From positions 62,001 to 106,068 of the forward strand of contig JBNGIO010006060.1 in NCBI GenBank assembly GCA_049999805.1: DNA of 44,068 nucleotides, read 5' to 3'. Positions 23,925-35,507 of the stretch are shown one piece after another (position 1 is the stretch's first letter; the number at the start of each line of letters is the position of its first letter). Position numbers and translations under genes: made by a program. Below the pieces are notes generated by a model. That model was not told where the DNA came from, made no database searches, and worked only from the letters and a program-made list of their open reading frames with translations. Source of the stretch: Folioceros fuciformis (lineage: Eukaryota).

Positions 23925-25100
23925 TCAAACCATGTGGATATGTGTAAATACAAACAGACTCCGATAGCTCAAACCATGTAGACGTACGTAAACACGAACC
24001 AACCCTGATAGCTCAAGCCATGCAGACATACCCGATAGCTCAAACCATACAGAAGTACGTAAAGACGAACCAACCACCTTGCAAACATACCCCGATAGCT
24101 CAAACCATGCAGATGTACGTAAAGGCAAACCAACCCTCGTAGCTCAAACCATGCAGACATACCCCGATAGCTCAAACCATACAGACGCACCCCAATAGCT
24201 CAAACCATGCAGACGTACCCCGATAGCTCAAACCATGCTGACGTACCCCGATAGCTCAAACCATGCTGATGTACCCCGATAGCTCAAACCATGCTGACGT
24301 ACCTCGATAGCTCAAACCATGCAGACGTACCCCGATAGCTCAAACCATGCAAACATACCCCGATAGCTCAAACCATGCATATGTACGTAAAGACGAACCA
24401 ACCCTCATAGCTCAAGCCATGCAAACATAAGTGAACACGTGTAGATGTACGTAAACAAGAACCAATAGCTCAACCTCAAGCCATGCATATATACGTAAAC
24501 ACAAACAAACCCCGATAGCTCAAACCATGCGGACGTACGTGAACTCTGACAAACCGTGAACTCTGACTAACCTAATAGCTCAAACCATGCTCATATACGT
24601 AAACAAAAACCAACCCCGATAGCTTAACCCATTCAAACGTATGTAAGCTCCAACCCTAAACCCTAATAGCTCAAACCATGCAGATACACGTAAACACAGT
24701 AGCTCAAACGGTCCTTCCATGCAGACGTAGATATGAACCAAGCTCTATAGCTCAAACCATGCAAACGAGCTCTATAGCTCAAACCATGAAGACATACCTC
24801 GATAGCTGAAACCATGCAAACGTAGATACAAACCAACCTTCTTGACTCAAACCATGTAGATGTAGATACGAACCAAGCTCTATAACTCAAAACATGCAAA
24901 CGAACACACAAAGACAATCACCACAAGTCAAATCATGGAGACGTTTCTAGATTGCTAAAACCATGCAAATGTAGATACAAACCAAGCTCTTTAACTCAAA
25001 CCATGCAAACAAATACACAAAAGACAACCTCCATAAGTGAAACCATGGAGACGAACCTCGATAGCTGAAACCATGCAAACGTAGGCACGAACCAATCTTG
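23925..25100 (+). repeat. Satellite/minisatellite array with a 28-bp core unit and about 44-bp variants
   Basis: Unit gtaccccgatagctcaaaccatgc(a/t)gac at 24215, 24243, 24271, 24299 and 24327. About 30 copies of the core atagctcaaaccatg; longer units add gtaaa..cgaaccaacc. Confidence 0.95.
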
Positions 25101-25819
25101 ATAGCTTCATTAATAGGTTGGACTGTGTCGTCGCGCACACAGACCAACCTTGGTATGATCAACCTGGGTAACATGTCAAACCTTGTGGATGCAGATCCAA
25201 AGTCTTTATGTAATAGAGAAAGTCTTTATGTGAGGATAGACTCTAACAACTACATGCATTGAGAAAGATATATAACGAAAGCCCACATTGAAAGAGAGTC
25301 AGTAAAAACTTGCATAGTTAAGAGAGAGAGAGACAAATAAACAAAACCACTTATAAGAAACTAAGGTCTTATCCAAGGGGAAACACTAAGATAACCAACA
25401 AAAAAGAAAAAAACCACACAAAAGAGGCTACATGTCAACTATAACACCTTAGCAAACATCACACTACCTATGATAATGTTGTTTTGTCTACCACATATAC
25501 CAGGAAAATTCCTTATTAAAATATATTTTTTTATTAACTTAATAACATGTCAAGACAAATAATATTATTTTACTCTAAAATAAAGCCCATCAGTGAATCT
25601 ATTTGCATTAAAAATGCATGAGCTGTCATGGTCTGTCCTAAAAGTAGCAAAATAGCGCTTAAGAGGCATTAATGTATGACAATTTAAGCTTTCGTTTAGG
25701 GATGGTGTGCATAGGAGACAATGAGCTAAATATGAAGTTATTATGGTCCAGTTGGATAGATGTGAGTGACACGGGTAACGGGAGTGTGTGGAAGGCAGCA
25801 AATTCACAAACTGGGAAGG

Positions 25820-25829
25820 GCCACGTGTC
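25820..25829 (+). promoter_or_regulatory. G-box/ABRE-like GCCACGTGTC upstream of the TTC1-like gene
   Basis: Exact motif about 100 bp before the proposed ATG; mutated to gccgcatgtc in the pseudogene copy. Confidence 0.3.
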
Positions 25830-25921
25830 CTCAAGTCACTCATGCGACCAAGGCACTACTGGCAGCATCGCTGGCTTCCAACCCAGCTCGCAACAGCAGC
25901 AGTGGCAACCAAAAGGCGTGG

Positions 25922-26942
25922 ATGGAGGTAAGCTGCTTCCGCAAGGTGGTTCAGCATTTCCTAGCTAGCATTTTCATTCGAGTCTAGGCCTTCCACGACA
26001 GGGCAGGACGAGGGAGCGGAAGAGTGGATTTTGCTTTGCAATTTGTCAAACGGGAAGCCAAACCCCAGTGCCTTTGCAGGATCCGGCAGCTGAGGATGCT
26101 CTGGCTCAGGCGAACACAGCCAAAGCACAGGGAAACATCTTCTACCGAGAGGGGAAGTATGAGCAGGCCTTGGAATGCTATGCTACAGCCCTGGGATTCA
26201 CGTCCGAGGACCCAGATTGGAGGGAACTGCGGGCTATGTGTCATAGCAATAGAGCCATCTGCTTTCTTCAATTGGTAAACCAGCCTGTGCATCACCGTAG
26301 GATTTGGTGCTCTGTTCCGGGGCTCGTAATTTGTTGAAGTGACAACAATTGTGGTGTGAATGTGTGCAGAATCAGTATGAGGGAGCGGTGACAGAGAGCA
26401 CGAAAGCACTGGACCTCAACCCGTCGTATCTGAAAGCGTTGATACGGCGAGCTCAGGCATATGAAAAGCTTCAGCGGTTTGATGAGGCTATTGGAGGTGA
26501 TTCGGGAGCTACATTCAACTACTCCGTGTTCGTCCACAAGAAGTGCATGCTTTGTGCTGCAAATTCTTTTTTAACTTGATTTACTCTGTTGCAGATATTA
26601 AAAAGATTCAGGAGTTGGAGCCGGGTAACAAGCAAGCCGCTGAATCTATCAGACGGCTTACACCACTGGCTGAGGTAAAACGAGAAGAGATGAAGGAGGA
26701 GATGATTGGTGAGCTCTCTGTGGAACAACGCTTGTTACTGGCAACGCTGTAGGGTTCTTTCTAGCCCTTGCATTTTCTTGACCACCTTTTTTTATTGACT
26801 CAGGTTTTCCAAATGTATGCCTGTAGGAAAGCTGAAAGAGATGGGAAACTCTGTGCTGGGGTATTTTGGAATGAGTCTTGATAACTTCAAGGCCGTCAAG
26901 GACCCTGTTACGGGCTCCTATTCAATATCCATGCAAAAATGA
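25922..26942 (+). CDS. TTC1: Tetratricopeptide repeat protein 1-like co-chaperone (TTC1/TPR1 family), about 185 aa
   Basis: Exons 25922-25927 (ME, tentative), 26080-26274, 26370-26496, 26595-26708, 26827-26942; phases concordant. Three TPRs (KAQGNIFYREGKYEQALECY; CHSNRAICF; LDLNPSYLKALIRRAQAYEKL) and the family-typical C-terminus GKLKEMGNSVLGYFGMSLDNFKAVKDPVTGSYSISMQK. Confidence 0.92.
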
Positions 26943-27449
26943 TACCCATCGAAGGCCTTGGCCCCAAAGACGAGGTCTCTGCCCAGGATGTGGCAATCAG
27001 CGCTGTTGTTCAGGTAGCTCCTGTTCTTAGCCTAGTGAGCGTGTTGCGTCCCCATGCACCCTTCTCATACGATGCCCTTCTGATCTGGCGCTCTTGATCT
27101 CTCGTGTGTTTACAGTTGCGGGCTCCTTGGTATTTGCTGCTTTAGAGGAGCAAGGGCTCTTTCCACCTGTTGGTGACAGACTTGCGTACTTAGTCATCCA
27201 AGCTAGGTGGTCAACTATCTTGTATTGTATGATGCGCTGTATTGAGACAAGCCAACCAAACAGGGGTTGCTGTTTTGGAGAAGCTTTTATAGCCTGAATG
27301 GCGGGAAGTTAGTGGAAACTGTGTGATTGCAACTCTTTCGTATAGTCAGAAGTGTTGGAATGGTGGAAGGGGCCTTCCGGCAATGGGGTTCACGCATTGT
27401 GCCTCAGGAAAAATCCGGTTACCCCGTGAAACCTTCACATACTGTTCTT

Positions 27450-29632
27450 AAGGTTTTAAATTCAGGTAGCTTCTAGGCGGGTTTTTCCAACAAATCGCCG
27501 TTCGTTTAGCTGTCATCCTCATAGGAGGAGGCGTTGATGGTCTGGCCACCGACCTTCCCACCATGCAAGGTGGACTTGGCCTTCGTATCTCCTTGAGCCA
27601 AGTTCCTTGGCCTTGGCAGACACGTCCAAGAGTCGCAGTCGAGTAACAAGGCTCCAGATGGTGAAATGTGTGGTACCGAGGTGTCGTCTGCAGGTGCTGC
27701 AAGGCCTGTGGTGGATGTGCTCTTGGCTAAAATGGCTGATACTGACGACCTGGACGAGGAAGGTGGGGGTTTAACTCATAAGACAGTACTGAGTGCTGGA
27801 GGTGCCACTGTTGCTGGTAAGCTCTTACCTTGTCTTCTCATCAAGAAAGATGAAGAGACAAACCCTGGATTTGGTATGTCAAATTGCAGAGAGGCTTGCC
27901 ACTCATTTTGCAACTAGGCACTAGAGACAGCGATGTGTACTCCAGCCGCCCTCATTCATGTCCTACTATTTGCCGCACGTTATATCCCCATTAGTATTGC
28001 TGAAGTCGAGAATCCGAAAACGTGGAATTTCGTGACCATCTTCGCTGGTGCATGTCGTTCCCCATGGGATACGTTTGCCCTCTGACTGCAGTTACCACAG
28101 TTCTGTCCTGTATTTTCTTTATTGGACTTCATTAGATGAACTGGCTTCGGGAATCTGGGTAATGTCTGGGCAGTGACAAAGCAAGAGGTCAACGGTTTCG
28201 GTTTACTTGCTTTTTCCCAGTCTGACCTGTTCCTCCTTTCTGCCAGATTTGTAGAGCAAGCGGTGTGCTAGATGTAATCCAGTGTCTCAGATGTCATTCC
28301 TTGACTGTCAGAAATCTGTGGGAATGGCTCACGACAATAGCTGAGTGATCCAAGATGGGAAGTCACTTGATCTAACGCTTGCTCTAGAGCAGGCAATATG
28401 TGGTGAGGAGACTCGTGGTTCAAGCCACAAAGTCCAATTTGATGGAACGAGCTCAGGGTCATTTAGACCTGGAGAAAGCCGTTGGCATTATGTGATGGAT
28501 GTGCCTTTGTCACATGGTTATACATAGAGTGATTTGCAGACAGAGGGAGCGGTGGGGAGGGGGGATGATCCTCCATCATTTGGAGCTGGTGCTGGAGTGC
28601 CTTGGCTGGCTGACAATGGCGAAGCAATGGCAGCCGCAGAGGAAAGTGCTGCACTAAGATTGCACCTTGATATCCCTTCCTCTACCATCCAAAGCTTTAG
28701 TGGGGCGGCAATTTTCAGATGCCTCACCCTCTGGAGCCTTAAGTACCTTGCGGGTTTTTCGTGGAGGAAAATCAACAAATTGACATCTCATTCACTGGTC
28801 AAAATGCGTTGGAGAGCGTGTGTTGTTCTTTCGGCAGCTGTGGAATTTGGCTGTGCAATGTCAGCAGCATCTCTGCATTGGATCTCAACTCAGAAAGCAG
28901 TCTGGAAAATGCTGTCATGTTAATGAATGCCGTGATTTCTTTGAATGTTATTACTCTTATGTTGTTGTTGTGAATTCTGTTCTTCTAACAAGGGAGGCAT
29001 TTGCCCACGCGGGAACACATCGCAGGCCAGCTGGGTAATCTGCAAGTTGCAGCTGGGACTCGGCAAATGGAGGCAATTTGGGCTGTGGCTGAACAGAGTC
29101 CAAGGCCTTGCAGCCGGTCGCCGGCTCTCCAGCTTTCGGTAGATGCAGCAGATTTAGCAGGAATCAGTGTACCTCTATTGCTGGTTAAAATGCTCGGCAC
29201 TTGGTTAGTGTGGTGTCTTGGAGAAAGGGGAAGAAAACGGCTGATCGAGCGAAGATTGAGAAGAGACACGAGGAAAGATTGCTGCCCTGGTAAAACGGTT
29301 GCTCACGCAGAGTCAAAATAATGTTGTTAAATTCATCTTTACAGCAGTGTCCTGCTTCTCAGAGTCTGCAGTCGGTGTGCCTATGGGTTGCAGAAGAAGC
29401 TGTTATCCTCCTTGGCAGACATGAGTTTTACAGAGGCAGTACGATGCGAGGTGATGTTCAGAGGCTGTTGGATGGTTGTCGAAGGTGGTACCGGATGGTC
29501 CCGGAAATTATCTCCATACAAATGTCTGCTGGTGGCAGATCCACTTGATCTATTGGAGAACGCATTAGTGAATGAGCATCTGGTCAATGTTGGACTCGTA
29601 ATTGGCCCACGGTTGCTGTCACTGAAGTTCAT
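27450..29632 (-). pseudogene. Possible decayed coding sequence for a long Ser/Pro/Gln-rich disordered protein
   Basis: Successive coding-like minus-strand fragments broken by stops and frameshifts, e.g. MNFSDSNRGPITSPT..., QMPPLLEEQNSQQQHKSNN, PPRKTRKVLKAPEGEASEN, VKPPPSSSRSSVSAILAKSTSTT. No domain recognised. Confidence 0.3.
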
Positions 29633-29925
29633 TCCCTAGTGCATTTCGTGCTTGATTGCCTTCGTCTCAACCAGGTTGGTCATGGCTATTTTTCTCAGTA
29701 TTGTTCGTGATACAATTTCAGTATTGTATCCAATTTCAGTGGTATTGGTTCAAGGAGCTCTCGAACTCGACAGATCCCAACATTCGTCGACATAGATACT
29801 TTTATTGCACACATATCGTCCCTTTATAGACCTCTCTAGAGCGAGGTCTGCGGCGTGAGATCACCAATCTTTTGGATTGGTTAGCGATTGCACGCTCGTG
29901 CTTTGCAGGTGAAAAGAGTCTTGCA

Positions 29926-30123
29926 GATATCTCATGTATAGGCGGCTGGTTGTGCCATCAAATGATAATCGAGCTGTAGTATCTGCAGAGATATTCGTCG
30001 CCGATGGTGGGCTGGAAATGCTTCGCACCTTGTCGCAGTGCGAAGCAGGGATTGGAGAACTTGGTGTACAGGAGGAGCTCATGTTGCAGGAGATCGCGTA
30101 GACGTATCTGAGCAACATACAGG
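29926..30123 (+). pseudogene. Isolated exon-like fragment with a weak ARM-repeat-like look and an in-frame stop
   Basis: ttgcag|a...acag|gt boundaries; frame reads YLMYRRLVVPSNDNRAVVSAEIFVADGGLEMLRTLSQCEAGIGELGVQEELMLQEIA*TYLSNIQ. Confidence 0.25.
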
Positions 30124-30144
30124 TGGGAGAAATCTTTGGAGAGC

Positions 30145-30715
30145 AAGATGTGAGGGATCAACATCATCTAGTAGTGGTCAGTGTCTGACGGCACTGGTGA
30201 TTCTGTACGGGGCGCCGCATGTCCTCAAAGTTTGCTTCATGCGACCGAAGCACTGGCTGTGTACACAGCAGGAGACCCAGCTCGCAAGGCAGTGGCAACG
30301 ACTGGCATGGAATCGAGTTGAGCTGCGTGGCCGAGCATTTCCAAGGCCGTCAAGGATCCTCTCACTGGCTCACTTATTCATTTGGCAGCCATAGAAACCA
30401 ACTGGGCCCCAGTGTCCGGGCTGTGGCCTTCAGTGCTGTTGTTCAAATAGCTTCTGCTCCTAGCCTCGTGAGCGATTTGCCTCCTCTTGCTCGTTGGATC
30501 AGAGGACTCTCCTAGTTAGCTATGCCTTTGGGTGAGAGGGTTATTGCTAGCAGATGTGGGAAGACTCCTGTATTGAGCCAAGCAAGCAAATCTTCACCGG
30601 CCAGCTACCTGGCATCCTGGTGCCCAATGTTTTGAGACAAACCCACAGACAGTGATTGCCGTAACGGAAAGCGCTCATGGCCGGCGTATTAGGGAGTCAG
30701 TAGAAACTGTTTGGT
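30145..30715 (+). pseudogene. Internally deleted duplicate of the TTC1-like gene
   Basis: 30215-30312 matches the 5' region 25820-25925 (tgtcctcaa..catgcgacc..cccagctcgcaa..gcagtggcaac). 30340-30380 matches the last exon (caaggccgtcaagga). 30420-30480 and 30565-30710 match the 3' region (g.gctgttgttca..tagct; ctgtattgag.caagc; agt.agt.gaaactgt). All TPR exons are missing. Confidence 0.8.
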
Positions 30716-30876
30716 CGTAACTCGTTCATATCATCAGTGTGAAAGAGCGGGAAGGACATGTCAGCAGAGGAGTCGCGCACTGCGGTCTGGAAAAATCCGA
30801 GGGAAGTTCCCTCGTGAAACTTCGAATACTTTTCAATGCCTTAACGCTCACATTTGAGATAGCCAATCACGGGGTA

Positions 30877-33800
30877 TTATCCACCAAAATCGCCATGTGT
30901 GAATTTGTCCTCCGCATAATAAGAGGCAATGACGCTATTGCCACCAAACTTCCGACCATGTAAGCCGGCCTTGGCCTTAGCAGCCCCTTGAGGGTCGACG
31001 TATTCCACGAACACCTGCAGCAAACAACTTATGAGAAAACGTTCCACCCGCAGGCTCTTGAGACACAGGAATCCACTAATACTCACCATTCCCACGCCGG
31101 GAACCTCCTCGCCAGAATCGTTGGGTCTAGGTATTACCAAGTTCGTTATTGTTCCTGACCACGTCCAAAAATTAAATTTGAGAAAACAAAATTCCAAGCA
31201 TTCAGACACGACAGCCTGTCAAATCGAGTATGCTTTACCGTATTTCCCACATTCGTCCTTCATATCCTCGACTATTTCGTCATACTCACTGTCGTCCCTT
31301 AATTCATCCGCTGACACAACCTTGTGACGTGCCAATCCACGTTTGTGAAAAGTCAGATCCAGAAACACGTGGCAAATGTCAACACACCGATCACCGCACA
31401 GACATGCCAGCACATACATACTGCAATGTTAGCATGGGCGTACCTGAGATAGACAGACAACTCTGGTTGGCACCTCGTTTGTGGTCAACAAGGTCATTCC
31501 CGAGATCATGCCTGGCATCATCCCTCCAGGCAAACCTGACATCGTCCCTGGTCCAAGACTCACAGCATTTGCACCACTTGCTTGAAGGGCAAGCTTCTGG
31601 AGAGGTCACACGCACTGTCGCAATTAATACTTAACTCAAGCGCAACACTCAACCAGTATTAAACAGTAAATCAGCCGATACCTGCAAGGCAATTTGCTGT
31701 TGTGCTTGAACAAGAACATTTGTTTGATCAGGCTTTGGTTGACCACTGCAAGCACAAGAAATGAAAACTTCCCATGTCAGGAGTTGGATATCATTTTAGT
31801 TATTGTCTCGTCAGAAGAACTATGCGTGCCGACCTGGCAGTTGCCCGCCTCACAGTCAGCGTCTTGTCACCCATCTTCATGCCATTGAGGGCTGCACAAG
31901 CGATATCGGCAACAGAGAGGTCCTGCCAGCCACATGCAGAGTTAAAAAAATGCTGCCGTGCCACTTTGTGAGCCCAACAAGACTGTGACCAAAATGCCGG
32001 ACCTGATACACGCAAAAGCCGTATCCCTTTGAGTTACCAGTGTCCCGGTCCTTCACAAGGTCAAAGGCACGTAGTGGCCTGTGCACCAACCACATTCAAC
32101 CAGCTGAGACCGCTGTCATACAGACACCTGCTACAAGTGGAATAAAGTGGGCCCCCTACTGCAACTGGTCTAGACAAATACCCAAATGCGGAAAGGAGAT
32201 CCATGATTTGCTCTTCACTTAGGTAGTATGGTAAACCCCCTACAAATATTCGATCGGGGCCATCTGCTCCTCCAGAAGCCCTGATAATAGACCGTTAAAA
32301 CGGTGAGGACCTGGAAAACGCAAACAGTCGGTACATAACTGAGACCCAAACATGGTTACTCACCCTGGAGTTAGCCCAACAGCAGCAAGATTTAAATTGG
32401 GGCTTGGCTGGCTGGGTCCTAGAGTGGCTGCCATGGATGGATTGTAGTCACTTGGTCTCCTGACACGCACTGATACTCCCTGAAAGATTCCAGCTATATG
32501 AACATGGGCCTGAGCAAAATGCATATTTCAACCCTTTTACACAGAGAATCACCTCATAGATGATACCATCAAGAGCCATGGCATTGCTAGCCTCTTCCAC
32601 AGTCCGCATCTCTACAAATGCAAACCTCTTTTCCTGATTGATGTATACGTTGACAACAGCATCGCCTGCAGTGGTCAATTTCCTTCTTTATATTCATAGT
32701 GAACAATAGTTACCCATGACAAACTTTAGCGCATCAAGAGCGAGATATCTAACAAGAAATTCCTTTTAGTACCTGGCCCAGCAGTGTTACCTCCAACAGC
32801 AGCCATTATCTGGCTAAAGAATGTCGCAACACTCTGTTAAAAAAACCGGCCCAGTCTGAGTGAGCTCGGCAAGTGGGTTGTGTTTAGAAAGCCAAAAACT
32901 GCCCAAGAACAGAAAAGGAGAAAATACGGAAAACACATAAATAGATAAGAAGTGCCTTCATAAGTAAGAACTTGTCCAAACAGAACCAAAGATTTCACCT
33001 GCTCATTTGCCATAGGAGGGAGCCCTCCGACATAAACCCTACGAGCATGTCTTGTTGCCTGCAATTCAACGAAATTTCAAGGTTGCAGAAAATTCTGTGA
33101 GAACAGAGCAAGCACGTAGTGCAACCACAGCAAAATCGGGAGAGCTGGAACTTTGGTCACGGTCCATAGAATCTATGCTTAATCTTAGAGAATAAAAGAA
33201 GGTTTGTTCACAGCATACCTGTGTTCCACCAGCAAATGGGAACATCGATGTGAAAACACCAGAAAGAGTCTGTCCCATCCCAGTTATCTGACCTGCAAAA
33301 TTAACAAAGCCGGTAAGTTTCATGAGTGCAACCCAGTGGAAGATCAAACCAACCGATCTGTCTCAAAATCCACACAACCTTGCTGTTCATAGGAACGTGC
33401 AGTACTCCTCAAAAACTGAAACCAGACAGGAGGAGACATAACTCTTCTGTCTTTCAATTTGCTTACCTAAGGGAGATAAACCAGTCCCTGCACCTGCAGC
33501 TGCTGATGATAGCACCCCTGTTTGTGAGTTGAGTAGTGCACCTATTCTCATGCATGGTCAGCCACTGTCTGTGGTAGAAGCCCTCTTGCTGCACTAACAG
33601 GTTCCTGGGAAGCCCTAAAAATGGACGCAGCATCCAACAGTGGATGCCCTATATATACAATACACCACTTGATGCAGTTCGGAAAGCAAAATTCCTCCTG
33701 ATTGGAAAAGAATGGGTGACAGTGGCCATAGAAGATAAATAGAGGTGTTCATTCGATGCACTAAAGAGGCAGCACCAAACTCTTCTCCATTTGCAAATAG

Positions 33801-35386
33801 CCTTCCAGGAAATGTTGTTGAGAGGAACAAAGGGCTACCAGGTTCGTGATGCCATCCGCAACGTGGAGCAAGCAAACAAGGAAACAACAAACACGAACCA
33901 CCCAAAGACGACAAGAACCAGCAAACAATACCCCTCAGTGTCCGCTCATGATAATTGAAATGCTCAATAGATAGACAAACGACTCTACTCCAAGTATAGA
34001 AAATCAAGTACAGAAGCAGCTGTAGTGTGGCATAACTTCGACGTTTAGAGCACAACACATCTTACATCCTAACAGCCTAGATTAATTTCACATCCAAATG
34101 TGCTTACAAGATGCTGGTATCTATGTGCCGCTTGCCATCAGTGAAAACAATCATGTGACTCTGCCTATTGACTCAGTAAAACAGGTTTCAGGTAGTAGCA
34201 CACCTGTCATAGCAGCAGCTGTGACTACAGTAGCACCAGGTGGCGCCATGTCAAACCCACTAGTTCGCTTGCTGTAAAAGAAAATCCCTGGTCAGAGTTA
34301 GCAATAGGAGACCAGGAGGAACTGTCTGCGTGACTTGTAGAACTCCCTACTCACGATTAATACCTTTTTCGATCTCTTGAGCCTGATCTAGAATTTGAAC
34401 GCCTATCTCGAGATCGACCACGTGAACGAGATCGAGACCGATGTCTGTGTCTACGTTCTCTATCACGGTCATGGTCATGTCGCCTGCAGTAATGAAGCAG
34501 TCAGCCGATAAGAGACCAAGGAACAGCAGATAACCAAGTTGAATGTTCACCAGAGTGTTACTCCTCACAACCCCACAAACTCCAAACGCTGCGATATACA
34601 GTGAGGCAAAATGGACAAAGGACATGCCCTGAGCAGAAGCCAAAAGTGCGACACACATGGAAGAATGGCCCCAGACTTCAGAAGCGAAGACAAAACAATG
34701 ACCAAGGCGAAAGAAAATGAACTGACCTATCTCGATCGCTCCTGTCTGCCCTGTCTCCTCTATCTCCTCTGTCACCATCGTCCCGTATACGGCGTTCCCT
34801 TTCAAATCTGTCTCGATCCCGATCCCGGTCCCGATCACGGTCATCCCTTCTGCGGCTGTCTCTGTATCTGCCGCCATCCTCTCTCATCTTCTCGGACCTC
34901 CTTTCATCCTCGCGGGAAGGCCGCTGAAAACACAGTCAGTGACAGAGAAGCTGGCTCAGGAGGCCGGAAAAAGCGGTGGAGCCCAACTGGAAGCAGAAGG
35001 AAAAGGGACCTCTACACACACATGTCGGCCAGCAGCAAGACGAGATAATACCAAATTTGCGAATGAATGAACCTAGAATGCCCTGCCTGCGGACGCGTCC
35101 GTTACAGAAGCATTTGAGAAAGAGCTTGAGCTGCATGGCTTTTTCGAAAACGAGAACAACCCGTCGGCGGATCCTGGAGTGCCCGTCAAGAGCGCACGCG
35201 CATGCCCCAATTATCACGACGAGCTCCCTCTCACCTCGGCACAGCAGAAGGTGTTAACCTGGCTGGCTGGGGTCCTCTTACCGTAACTTGTTTTTGGAAT
35301 GGCGCAGCAGCAGCTGTCTCGGGTGGCCCCCTGTCTTCTTCAATTAACCCAGCGCCTGAGGCCTTCCTGGACATCTCTCCCTCCAT
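30877..35386 (-). CDS. U2AF65: Splicing factor U2AF large subunit (RS domain, RRM1, RRM2, UHM), 560 aa or 577 aa with the optional exon
   Basis: Exons 35386-35282, 34923-34727, 34483-34364, 34271-34204, [33517-33467 optional], 33292-33219, 33058-32999, 32833-32773, 32665-32553, 32479-32364, 32280-32182, 32078-32003, 31922-31834, 31745-31682, 31596-31444, 31320-31239, 31154-31087, 31014-30877; all phases concordant. Motifs SKRTSGFDMAPP, ATRHARRVYVGGLPP, DRIFVGGLPYY, TGNSKGYGFCVY, LHGRKFGGNSV. The first exon is less certain. Confidence 0.96.
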
Positions 35387-35438
35387 TTCTACGGGAAGGC
35401 CACAAGGGCCTGAGACGTCGCTTGGCCGGCGCCGCACC

Positions 35439-35507
35439 CCTTCCTTCTTTCCTTCCTTCCTTCCTTCCTTCCTTCCTGCCGTCCTTCCTTCCTCCCTTCT
35501 TCCTTCT
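35439..35507 (+). repeat. (CCTT)n microsatellite in the U2AF65 5' region
   Basis: ccttccttctttccttccttccttccttccttccttcc... Confidence 0.9.

Noticed and set aside
23925-25100. CRISPR-like array (constant core with variable-length intervening sequence)
   Set aside because: The intervening sequences are related to each other and only about 11-27 bp, there are no cas genes, and the context is eukaryotic. It is a satellite.
33615-34058. 147-aa hydrophobic ORF inside U2AF65
   Set aside because: It lies in a T-rich intron on the same strand, has no domain, and its composition reflects intron sequence.
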